From: Prasinococcaceae sp. CCMP 1430
Lineage: Eukaryota > Plantae > Prasinodermophyta
Direction of reading: 5' to 3'
NCBI GenBank assembly: GCA_013416795.1
Contig: RQSC01000978.1
Coordinates: 1 to 34,355, forward strand
Length of the DNA: 34,355 nt
Shown: piece by piece, positions 1-9,469 of the stretch
How the letters are laid out: the number at the start of each line of letters is the position of its first letter
Position numbering within the stretch: the stretch's first letter is position 1
Notes under the pieces: model-generated
The model's database searches: none
What the model was told of the DNA's origin: nothing
Seen by the model: only the letters and a program-made list of their open reading frames with translations
Made by a program: the position numbers and the translations under genes

Positions 1-614
1 AAGTCGACGCCATGCTTGCAGCCGAAGTTGACCAGGTCGTCGATGTCCTTCTCGGTGAGCACGGGGATGTCCACCTTGATGCCCGGCAGGTTGCAATTCT
101 TCCTCTCTCCCAGCGTTTTGCTGACCAGGCACCTCGCGCGCACCTCTGTCTCGCTCATTATCTGATCGACCCGCAGGCTGATGGTGCCGTCGGCGATGAG
201 TATCACGCTACCAGGCTTGACGCTCTGGCAGAGCTTGTCGTACGACAGGCCGATGCGCGTCTCCTCGTCGGTCTTGTAGCCCTCAAAGCTCGTGTACGCC
301 GCCCCGACCGCCTCAACCACCACGCTCTGCCCCGCCTCCAGGCTTATTGCCTGGTGGTCCCTGAGCATGGCCGTGCGAATCTCCGGACCCTTGGTGTCGA
401 GCATGTACGCCACCTCCGGCGACACCTCCCGACCCCCCGCTGCCGCCCTGGCTTCGCACAAGGCTCGCAGGCGCTCGAGCACCGCGCCCTGCCCCGCGTG
501 GTCGCCGTGCGAGAAGTTGAAGCGCGCGATGGTCATGCCCGCGTCGAGCAGCCCTCCCAGCCCCTCCTCGCTCCAGCACTTCGGTCCCATGGTGCACACG
601 ATCTTGGTCTTGCG
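1..614 (-). other. PK unit 4 of the polyprotein (truncated by the window edge)
   Basis: RKTKIVCTMGPKCWSEEGL...ARFNFSHG...LDTKGPEIR...RKNCNLPGIKVDIPVLTEKDIDDLVNFGCKHGVD, then the window ends. Confidence 0.92.
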
Positions 615-3600
615 GAAGGGCATCGCGGGGTCAAGTACGTTCGGCAGCGAGATGCGCGTGCACGAGTACGAAGACACCAGCTCGTCGCGCCGCGCCGAGA
701 TGAAGGGCGAGGCCTCGCCGGGCGACAGCGCGAACTCGACGACCGCGTTGACGTCCGTCCACACTTCGTTGGTGCCGTGCGCCACGACAACCTCCGAGCC
801 ATCGGGGCACAGCTGGTGCTTCTGCGCGTATTCCAGCGCATCGCGCAGCAGGTAGTCTAGCTTGTCGATGGCGCCGTCCGACTCGACCACCATCGGGTAG
901 CACGCGAAGCGCGACGCGTGCTGCCGTGCGGTGCGCGCGTTGGGCGTCACGAGCAGGACGGGCACGGGCGGCTTGTACTTGGACACGAGGCGCGACGAGC
1001 GACCGTAGTTGGTAAACACCACGATGAGCCCTGCGCGCAGGTCGAGCGCCGACTGCGCGGCCGAGCTCACGATGCTCTCGAGCGTGCTCATCGGCTTGGG
1101 CGTGAAGTCACGCACGAACGTGTAGCCCTGCTCGAAGTTGCAGCCCACCTCGGCATCGGCGACGATGCGCGACATGATTCGCACGGCGTCGGCGGGGAAG
1201 GCGCCGTTGGCCGTCTCGCCAGACAGCATGGTGGCGTCCGTGCCGTCGAACACCGCGTTCGCCACGTCGGTCATCTCCGCTCGCGTGGGCAGCGGGTTGG
1301 AGATCATGCTCTCCAGCATCTGCGTCGCGCAGATGCAAAACTTGCCGGCGATGTTCGCCTTGGTGATGAGCGCCTTCTGCGCGAGCGGCACCTTCTCGGG
1401 TGGGATTTCCATGCCAAGATCGCCACGCGCCACCATGATGCCATCCGACTCCTCGAGGATGGCGTCAATGTTGTGCAGCCCCTCCTCGTTCTCGATCTTT
1501 GAGATGATCACGATGCCCTCGCCTCCATTCTCGTCGAGCACCCTGCGAATGAAGCGCACGTCCTCACCGGTCTGCACGAAGCTCGCCGCCACGTAGTCCA
1601 CCTGGCGCGCGCAGCCAAATTTGACCAGGTCGTCGATGTCCTTCTCGGTGAGCACGGGGATCTCGACCCTCACGCCGGGGAGGTTGCAGTTTTTGCGCTC
1701 GCCCAGCGTCTTCGTGTTCAGCGCAAGCGCCCGCAGCTCTGTGCCGCTCAGAATCTCCTCGACACGCAGGCTGATGGTACCGTCGGCGATGAGGATGCGG
1801 TTTCCAACCTTGACACTCTGGCAGAGCTTGTCGTACGACAGGCCGATGCGCGTCTCCTCGTCCGTCTTGTAGCCCTCAAAGCTCGTGTACGCCGCCCCGA
1901 CCGCCTCGACGATCACCGTCTGACCCGCCTCGATCTCGATGGCCTTGTGATCCCTCAGCATCGCCGTGCGGATCTCGGGGCCCTTGGTGTCGAGCAGGAC
2001 GGCGAGCTGCGGGTTTTCGCGCGCGGCCACGGCACGCACGCGGTCCATGACGGCGCCGTGGCCCTCGTGATCGCCGTGTGAGAAGTTGAAGCGCGCCACG
2101 TTCATGCCCGCGCGCATGAGATTCACGAGCGTCTCCTCGTCCCAGCATTTGGGGCCCATGGTGCACACGATCTTCGTCTTGCGCACCGCACGCCGCAGCG
2201 GCTCGCAGACAGTCTGCAGCGACACCTTGGTGGACTTGAGCGAGATGGTGTCCACCCCTGAGTAGGCGCCCTTGGCCTCGTACAAGTCGGCGGCCTCGTC
2301 GCCCACCACCACACAGCGGAAGAGCATGTTGGTCTTTTCCATTGAGCCCGACACGGAGCTCACCGACACGATCTGGTCCGATTGGCCGTCGCCGGGCTTC
2401 AGGTCGGCCAGGCACATGCGCTGCGCGAAGTACTTGATCCTGGCGAGCGTCTTGCCCTGCGGGTCCTCTTCGAGCAGCAGCGGCCACACGCCGCATACTG
2501 TGTTGCACAGAGCCGCGAGCTTGGCGTCAGTGGTCGCCACCACAATCGGGCAGCGCGGGCGGTACTTGGCGAGCATGGCCACGGGCTCGTAGCGGTTGGT
2601 GCTCACGGCAACCAGCGCGGCGCCCATGTCGATCGACGCTTTGACGGCGCTCGAACAGACGCCCTCCAGCGACTTGAGAGGCTTGGGCGTGAAACGGCGA
2701 ATGTGGTTGAAGTGTCGGCTGTAGTCGATGCTCGCCTGCGCGTTCTGCGAAATGCGAGCCATGATGGCGACCGCGTCGGCGGGGAAGTCACCGTTGGCCG
2801 TCTCGCCAGACAGCATGGTGGCATCGGCGCCGTCGAACACCGCATTCGCCACGTCGGTCATCTCCGCTCGCGTGGGCAGCGGGTTGGAGATCATGCTCTC
2901 CAGCATCTGCGTCGCACAGATGCAGAACTTTCCCGCGCGATTGGCCTTAGCCACCAGCATTTTCTGCGCGAGTGGCACCTTAGCGGAGGGCACTTCCATG
3001 CCCAGGTCGCCGCGCGCAACCATCACGCCGTCAGTCTCCTTGAGGATCTCGTCGAAGTTGTCGAGGGCGGCCCCGTTTTCTATCTTGCTGATAATTTGAA
3101 TCCTCTCACCGCCGTGACTGTCGAGCACGTGGCGGATGTGCTTGACGTCGGCTGCACTCTGCACAAAGCTCGCCGCCACGTAGTCCACGCCATACTTGCA
3201 GCCGAAGTTGACCAGGTCGTCGATGTCCTTCTCGGTGAGCACGGGGATGTCAACCTTCACACCGGGGAGGTTGCAGTTCTTGCGCTCGCCGAGCGACTTC
3301 GGGTTGAGCGCGAGCGCCCGCAGCTCGCGATCGTTGATGATCTCCTCCACTTTCAGGCTCAGCGTGCCGTCGGCGATCAGTATCACGCTACCAGGCTTAA
3401 CGCTCTTGCAGAGCTTGTCGTACGACAGGCCGATGCGCGTCTCCTCGTCCGTCTTGTAGCCCTCAAAGCTCGTGTACGCCGCCCCGACCGCCTCGACGAT
3501 CACCGTCTGACCCGCCTCGATCTCGATGGCCTTGTGATCCCTCAGCATCGCCGTGCGGATCTCGGGGCCCTTGGTGTCGAGCAGGACGGACCACGTGGGT

Positions 3601-6083
3601 TTTGTCTTCAGACCCAGGCTCTGCTGCATCTCGGCGGCCTTTGCCACGTAGGCCGTGCGCAGCGTGTCTAGCACCGCCTTGTGGCCCTCGTGGTTGCCGT
3701 GCGAAAAGTTGAGGCGCGCCACGTTCATGCCCGCGTCGAGCAGCTTGCTGATAGTGGCGGTGTCCCAGCACTTGGGGCCCATGGTGCAGACGATCTTTGC
3801 CGCGCGCGGCATCGTGAGGTCGGGCTCCGAGATGAGCTCGAGGTCGAGCGTCACGTTGCGCTGGCACGACACGAAGTTGCGCGCGTGGAAGTCCTGATAG
3901 GTGGTCGTGGCACGGCGCAGGCGCATCGGTGCCTGTGGCGACGACGCGGCAGCCTCAAGGGTGGTGACCGCGGCGGTGGGATGCGCGTCCGCACACGCCT
4001 CGGACGCACCGTGGCAGACCACCACGTGCATGCCAGCGTGCAGGAACCCGCCCTCCTTTGCGAAGGAGATGGCACGGCCCGCGAGGTTCTGGGCGGAGCC
4101 CTTGAGCGAGTCCACCAGCAACGGTCGCTGGCCGTACCGCCCCGCGGCGTGGCGGGCGACCTGTTTGCTGTCGGTAACGACCACGATGGGGCACGGCGGG
4201 CGATACTTGCTGATGAGGTCGGCCTGCGCGCCGCTGGAGCTCACCACCACGATCACCGTGCCTTCGTTGGCGTCGACGACGCCATTGCCGTCCTTGTCCT
4301 CCTGCAGATCGATCGACGATTTCACCACTGAGGCCGCAACCGACTCCGCCGCGCTAATGGACTCCCAGCTGTGGCAATACCGCAGAAACTTGAACTGGTC
4401 GTAGTAGTCCACCGCAACCTCAGCCTCAGACGCAATGGACGCCATGTGGCGCACCGCGCTAGCGGGGAAGGCGCCGTTGGCCGTCTCGCCAGACAGCATG
4501 GTGGCGTCCGTGCCGTCGAACACCGCGTTCGCCACGTCGGTCATCTCTCCGCGCGTGGGCAGCGGCGCCTCGATCATGTTCTCCAGCATCTGCGTCGCGC
4601 AGATGCAGAACTTGCCGGCGCGATTCGATTTCTGGATGAGCATTTTCTGCGCAAGCGGAACTTTTTCGGCGGCGATCTCCATCCCCAGGTCGCCTCGCGC
4701 CACCATCACGCCGTCCGTCTCCTCGAGGATCTCGTCAAAGTTCTGAAGCGCCTCCTCGTTCTCGATCTTGCTGATAATCTGGATGTCCGCGCCTCCGTTC
4801 TCGTCAAGCACCCTGCGAATGAAGCGCACGTCCTCGCCGCTCTGCACAAAGCTCGCCGCCACGAAGTCGACGCCATGCTTGCAGCCGAAGTTGACCAGGT
4901 CGTCGATGTCCTTCTCGGTGAGCACGGGAATGTCCACCTTGATGCCCGGCAGGTTGCAATTCTTGCGCTCGCCTAGCTTCTTGCTGACCAAGCACGTCGC
5001 GCGCAGCTCGCGATCGCTAAGAATTTCTTCCACCCGCAGGCTGATGGTGCCGTCGGCGATGAGGATGCGGTTGCCGGGTTTGACGCTCTGGCAGAGCTTG
5101 TCGTACGACAGGCCGATGCGCGTCTCCTCGTCCGTCTTGTAGCCCTCGAAGGTCGTATACGCCGCGCCCGCCGCCTCCACGATGACAGTCTCGCCCTTCT
5201 CGAGATCGATGCGCTTGTGGTCCCTGAGCATGGCCGTGCGAATCTCGGGGCCCTTGGTGTCGAGCAGCGCCGCCGCATACGGGTTCTTCGCAGCCGCAGC
5301 CTTGCGGAATCGCTGCAAGACCTCGAGGTGGCCCTCGTGCGAGCCGTGCGAGAAGTTCATGCGCGCGACGTCCATGCCCGCATCCAGTAGCTGATGCATG
5401 GTCTCCTCGTCCCAGCACTTAGGCCCCATGGTGCATACGATCTTCGTCTTGCGCTCGGTGCGTATGTCCGACGAGAGCATCATCGGGCTCACTCGCACCA
5501 GGCCCTCGATGTTGATCGTGTCATCCTGCTGGGGCGGCACCACCGACTCTGGCGCGTATTCAGGTACCCACCGCGTATTCTGTTTGTAATTTTCCTTGAG
5601 CTCATGCTTGGAAGACACGCGGCGCACCAGCGAGGGCCTCTCTTGGAGGTCGAGCAAGGCGCTGCTCTCGGCGCGCTGCACGGCGGCGGGAAAGGCAGGC
5701 CGCGGCGGCGAGCGGGTCGCGCATGGCGAAGCGCGCCGTCAGCCGTCGCTTCGCAGGGGCCAGGCTCGCGGCCTGCGCTTTCGCACAGGCGAGCGCCTGG
5801 GGCGCAGGCGCGGGGAAAGCGCGAGGGGCGCACGCGCAGGGCGTCGCAGCGCCATCGTGCACGGCGTGGGCAGTCGTGCGCGCGCGCGCCCACGACCACA
5901 GCGATGACGGACCTTCAGGCGACCCTTCGAGAACGTGACTTCGTTTTCAAGCAGCTCCTCGTCGAGGCCGCCGTTGAGGAACCCCATTGAGCCCACCTTC
6001 CTGATGCGCATCGAGCCCTCTGACTTGTCCACATCGGTGCTCGCGCCACTCGGAGCGCCCGCCTTCACCTGGGACGGCGCCAT
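1..6083 (-). CDS. Multi-unit (concatenated) pyruvate kinase, >=4 tandem PK units in one reading frame, >=1948 aa, 3'-partial. Exon 1 6083-5913, intron 5912-5676, exon 2 5675-<1
   Basis: I scanned the minus frame (plus-strand triplets starting at positions divisible by 3) from 5675 to 3 and found no stop. KIVCTMGP recurs four times (Met codons at plus positions 5427, 3780, 2157, 588; spacing 549, 541, 523 aa). Each unit carries ARxNFSHG, LDTKGPEIR and RKNCNLPG, and the three complete units also carry SKIEN, DGxMVARGDLGME, ATQMLE, PTRxE and MLSGETANG. The ATG at 6083 sits in aaaATGG context. The intron AAG|GTCCGT...CTGAC...GTGCAG|CGC joins exons in phase 0. Confidence 0.95.
615..2183 (-). other. 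PK unit 3 of the polyprotein (complete)
   Basis: RKTKIVCTMGPKCWDEETL...IISKIENEEGLHNIDAILEESDGIMVARGDLGMEI...ATQMLESM...PTRAE...SKYKPPVPVLLVT. Confidence 0.93.
2184..3806 (-). other. PK unit 2 of the polyprotein (complete)
   Basis: RAAKIVCTMGPKCWDTATI...IISKIENGAALDNFDEILKETDGVMVARGDLGMEV...ATQMLESM...PTRAE...AKYRPRCPIVVAT. Confidence 0.93.
3807..5453 (-). other. PK unit 1 of the polyprotein (complete A, B and C domains plus linker)
   Basis: RKTKIVCTMGPKCWDEETM...IISKIENEEALQNFDEILEETDGVMVARGDLGMEI...ATQMLENM...PTRGE...SKYRPPCPIVVVT. Confidence 0.93.
5676..5912 (-). other. Spliceosomal intron (237 nt) in the PK polyprotein gene
   Basis: GT donor after ...GRLK, CTGAC branch motif at about 5738-5742, C-rich tract then GCAG acceptor. 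Removal keeps the frame and excises the in-frame TGA at 5739-5741. Confidence 0.8.
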
Positions 6084-6435
6084 TTTGTCGGACGCGCTCG
6101 CGCCCGCCTGCTTTGCGGCCTGGCGGGCGCCGCGCGCACAGGGTCAGCATGCGCCCTCCCTCCGGCCCATTGCGTCTGCTGCCTCGGCATCGCCCCTTCT
6201 TCCATCTCCGCGGAGTTCCCGCGCACGCGATTGAGGGCGCGCGCGCTCGCCGGCCGGCTGTCGCTCGCGAAGCATCGCGGCCCATGCCTGCGCTCGCGGT
6301 GGCCGCCCGCGCTCGCAGCGCCGCTCCCCGCGCACCGGCCGCGCGCAACGCGCGCACCCGCGCCTAACGCGCGCACCCGCGCCCAGGCGCCGCGCCTTGC
6401 ACTCACGCACACATCCACACGCGCACGCCACAGGC

Positions 6436-6459
6436 GATCGCGATCGCGATCGCGATCGC
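6436..6459. repeat. (GATCGC)4 self-complementary microsatellite followed by a poly-G run into the gap
   Basis: gatcgc x4 read directly; G run at about 6464-6478. Confidence 0.85.
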
Positions 6460-6478
6460 GCCAGGGGGGGGGGGGGGG

Positions 6479-7139
6479 NNNNNNNNNNNNNNNNNNNNNN
6501 NNNNNNNNNNNNNNNNNNNNNNNNNNNNNNNNNNNNNNNNNNNNNNNNNNNNNNNNNNNNNNNNNNNNNNNNNNNNNNNNNNNNNNNNNNNNNNNNNNNN
6601 NNNNNNNNNNNNNNNNNNNNNNNNNNNNNNNNNNNNNNNNNNNNNNNNNNNNNNNNNNNNNNNNNNNNNNNNNNNNNNNNNNNNNNNNNNNNNNNNNNNN
6701 NNNNNNNNNNNNNNNNNNNNNNNNNNNNNNNNNNNNNNNNNNNNNNNNNNNNNNNNNNNNNNNNNNNNNNNNNNNNNNNNNNNNNNNNNNNNNNNNNNNN
6801 NNNNNNNNNNNNNNNNNNNNNNNNNNNNNNNNNNNNNNNNNNNNNNNNNNNNNNNNNNNNNNNNNNNNNNNNNNNNNNNNNNNNNNNNNNNNNNNNNNNN
6901 NNNNNNNNNNNNNNNNNNNNNNNNNNNNNNNNNNNNNNNNNNNNNNNNNNNNNNNNNNNNNNNNNNNNNNNNNNNNNNNNNNNNNNNNNNNNNNNNNNNN
7001 NNNNNNNNNNNNNNNNNNNNNNNNNNNNNNNNNNNNNNNNNNNNNNNNNNNNNNNNNNNNNNNNNNNNNNNNNNNNNNNNNNNNNNNNNNNNNNNNNNNN
7101 NNNNNNNNNNNNNNNNNNNNNNNNNNNNNNNNNNNNNNN
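6479..7139. other. Assembly gap (N run)
   Basis: Uninterrupted Ns. Confidence 0.99.
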
Positions 7140-7140
7140 C

Positions 7141-8793
7141 GCGGCCGCCGGCCGCGCGGGCGCGCCGCACGCGCAGCTCGTCGAGCTGCTCGGTGACACC
7201 GCGCGCTGCGACGCACTCGTTGTGGAGCACAACGGCGTCGTCGCCGACTTCAGCCGGCAGCGCGTGGATGGGCCCGCGCTCGAGGCGCTGGAGGCGTTCT
7301 ACGAGCGCCGCGGCGTGGCGGGCAGCGCGGCGGCGATGCTCGGCGGCGAGTGCGTCAACGGCACCGAAGGGCGCGCCGCGCTGCACACGGCGCTGCGCGC
7401 GGCCGCCGGGGACGCGCCGGTGCGCGCGCTCGGCGAGGGCGAGGAGACAGGGGCGGCGGCGCGCGAGGTCCTCGCGCAGATCGAGGCCTTTGCCGAGCGC
7501 GTGCGCTCGGGCGAGCACGTGGGTGCGACCGGCAAGAAGCTCACGGCCGTTGTCGCGATCGGCATCGGCGGCAGCTACCTCGGACCAGCGTTCGTGCACA
7601 GCGCGTTGCGCACCGAGCCCGCGGCCGCAGAGGCCGCCGCAGGGCGCGAGCTGCGCTTCCTGGCGAACGTGGACCCGGTGGATGCCGCGCGCGCTCTCGA
7701 AGGCCTCGATCCAGAAACCACGCTCGCCATCGTGGTCTCCAAGACCTTCACGACCGCCGAGACCATGCTCAACGCGCGGACGGTGCGCGCGTGGTACGTG
7801 TCGGCGCTCGGCGAGGCCGCCGTGCGTTCGCACATGGTGGCCGTGAGCACGAACCTGGAGGCGGTGGCGAGCTTTGGCATCTCGCCTGAGAACGCCTTCG
7901 GCTTCTGGAATTGGGTTGGAGGGCGCTTCTCCGCGTGTTCGGCCGTCGGCGCGCTGCCGCTGGCGCTGCACTACGGCATGCGCACCGTGCGGGACTTCCT
8001 CGGCGGCGCGCGCGACATGGATCTCCACTTCGCGCAGACGGCGAACACGCCGCGCCAGTGCCTGCCGGCGATGATGGGCCTGCTGGCGTTTTGGAACCAC
8101 GCGGTCTGTGGCCTGCCCGCGCGCGCCGTGCTGCCGTACGCGCAGGCGCTCGAGAAGTTTCCCGCGCATGTGCAGCAACTCTCCATGGAGAGCCTCGGCA
8201 AGGGCGTCACCGCGGCGGGCGGGCCGCTGCTCGCAAAGAGCGCCACCGGCGAGGTCATCTTCGGCGAGCCCGGCACCAACGGCCAGCACTCGTTCTACCA
8301 GCTCATGCACCAAGGGCACGTTGTGCCCGCCGACTTCATCGGCGCATGTGAGAGCCAGGCGCCGACTAACCTCGAAGGCGAGGCGGTGTCGAGCCACGAT
8401 GAGCTCATGAGCAACTTCTTCGCGCAGCCCGACGCGCTGGCGACGGGCAAAGCCGAGGGTGTGCTGCGCGCCGAGGGCGTGCCGGAGGAACTTGTGCCGC
8501 ACAAGGTCTTCGAGGGCGGCCGTCCGTCCACGGTGCTCCTCATGCCGCGCGTAGACGCCTTCACCGTCGGCCAGCTGCTCTCGCTTTACGAGCACCAGAC
8601 CGCCGTGGAGGGCTTTCTGTTGGGGGTCAACACGTTCGACCAGTGGGGGGTGGAGCTGGGCAAGGCTCTCGCCAAGCGCGTGCGCGCGCAGCTGCAGGCC
8701 AGCCGCAAGGAGAGCGACGGGCCTGCGCGCGTCGACGGTTTCAATCACAGCACGACGCGAATGATGGAGCACTACCTGACGCACTCATCGTGA
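7141..8793 (+). CDS. PGI: Glucose-6-phosphate isomerase, cytosolic (PgiC) type; 5' end lies in the gap (about 550 aa visible)
   Basis: Motifs DFSRQR, GIGGSYLGP, SKTFTTAET, WVGGRFS, QQLSMESLGK, GEPGTNGQHSFYQL and FDQWGVELGK; stop TGA at 8791-8793. Confidence 0.95.
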   Translation, partial: AAAGRAGAPHAQLVELLGDTARCDALVVEHNGVVADFSRQRVDGPALEALEAFYERRGVAGSAAAMLGGECVNGTEGRAALHTALRAAAGDAPVRALGEGEETGAAAREVLAQIEAFAERVRSGEHVGATGKKLTAVVAIGIGGSYLGPAFVHSALRTEPAAAEAAAGRELRFLANVDPVDAARALEGLDPETTLAIVVSKTFTTAETMLNARTVRAWYVSALGEAAVRSHMVAVSTNLEAVASFGISPENAFGFWNWVGGRFSACSAVGALPLALHYGMRTVRDFLGGARDMDLHFAQTANTPRQCLPAMMGLLAFWNHAVCGLPARAVLPYAQALEKFPAHVQQLSMESLGKGVTAAGGPLLAKSATGEVIFGEPGTNGQHSFYQLMHQGHVVPADFIGACESQAPTNLEGEAVSSHDELMSNFFAQPDALATGKAEGVLRAEGVPEELVPHKVFEGGRPSTVLLMPRVDAFTVGQLLSLYEHQTAVEGFLLGVNTFDQWGVELGKALAKRVRAQLQASRKESDGPARVDGFNHSTTRMMEHYLTHSS

Positions 8794-8966
8794 GGCGCGC
8801 CACCGGTGTGTCGCTGGGGCTTGGCATCGTGCCCACGAGCGGGTGCGCGAGCACGCGCGCTGCGCGCAAACGGGGAGAACTTCGCGTGGTAAACAAACAA
8901 ACCAAACCGCTATGCAGTGCACGCGCGCGCGCGCGCGCGCACAGCCCCGCGGACCCCTGGCCCACC

Positions 8967-9428
8967 TCACGAGAGAGAGTTGGGGAGGTCGGGCAATTGG
9001 CCCTTTGGCGGCTCGCGCGGGATCGACAGCGCCTCCGACTTGGGAGCGGCCGCCTCCGAATTGGAGGCAGAGTCGTGTTTTTCGCCCTTGACAGCGGCGT
9101 CGCCGCCGCCACCCCTGCCGCCGCCTTTGCCGCCCCGGCGCCCACCGCGGCCCCGGCGAATCTTCTTCTTGTCCTGCGCAGCTGCGGCATCGCCATTGTT
9201 TTCACTGGGCGGGCTCTTTGGCATGTCAGTGCCAGCGCCACCCATGGGCATGTCGAGGCCCGGCGGCGCATCGACAGCCTGCGCGGATGCCTTGCCTTCG
9301 CCCTGGTCGCCGCCACCACCGCCATTCCCCTTGCCGCGGCCCTGTCTCTTGCCACGCCGACCTCGGTGGTTCGATCCGCCCTCAGATTTGCCCGCAGCCA
9401 CCGCACCGCCATTCTGCGGCAGCTCGTC

Positions 9429-9469
<41 letters not shown>

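Noticed and set aside
12-4976. Long plus-strand ORFs over the PK gene (12-860, 918-1502, 2382-3671, 3681-4331, 4371-4976)
   Set aside because: They are the in-register antisense of the PK frame. GC-biased codon usage removes antisense stops, and they show no independent motifs.
615-5453. PK units as separate tandem paralogous genes or pseudogenes
   Set aside because: There are no stops, frameshifts or intergenic spacers between units, all share one frame, and catalytic motifs are intact.
5739-6083. 114-aa ORF as a standalone gene
   Set aside because: Its first 57 codons are better explained as exon 1 of the PK gene. Its Arg/Ala-rich tail is intron sequence ending at the branch-point TGA.
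6434-6460. GCGATCGC (cyanobacterial HIP1-like) repeats as evidence of cyanobacterial DNA
   Set aside because: This is a local microsatellite in an intron-containing eukaryotic context, with no window-wide enrichment noticed.
6065-8784. ORFs spanning the N gap, including the 793-aa minus-strand ORF
   Set aside because: They arise from translating Ns as X and from the antisense shadow of PGI.
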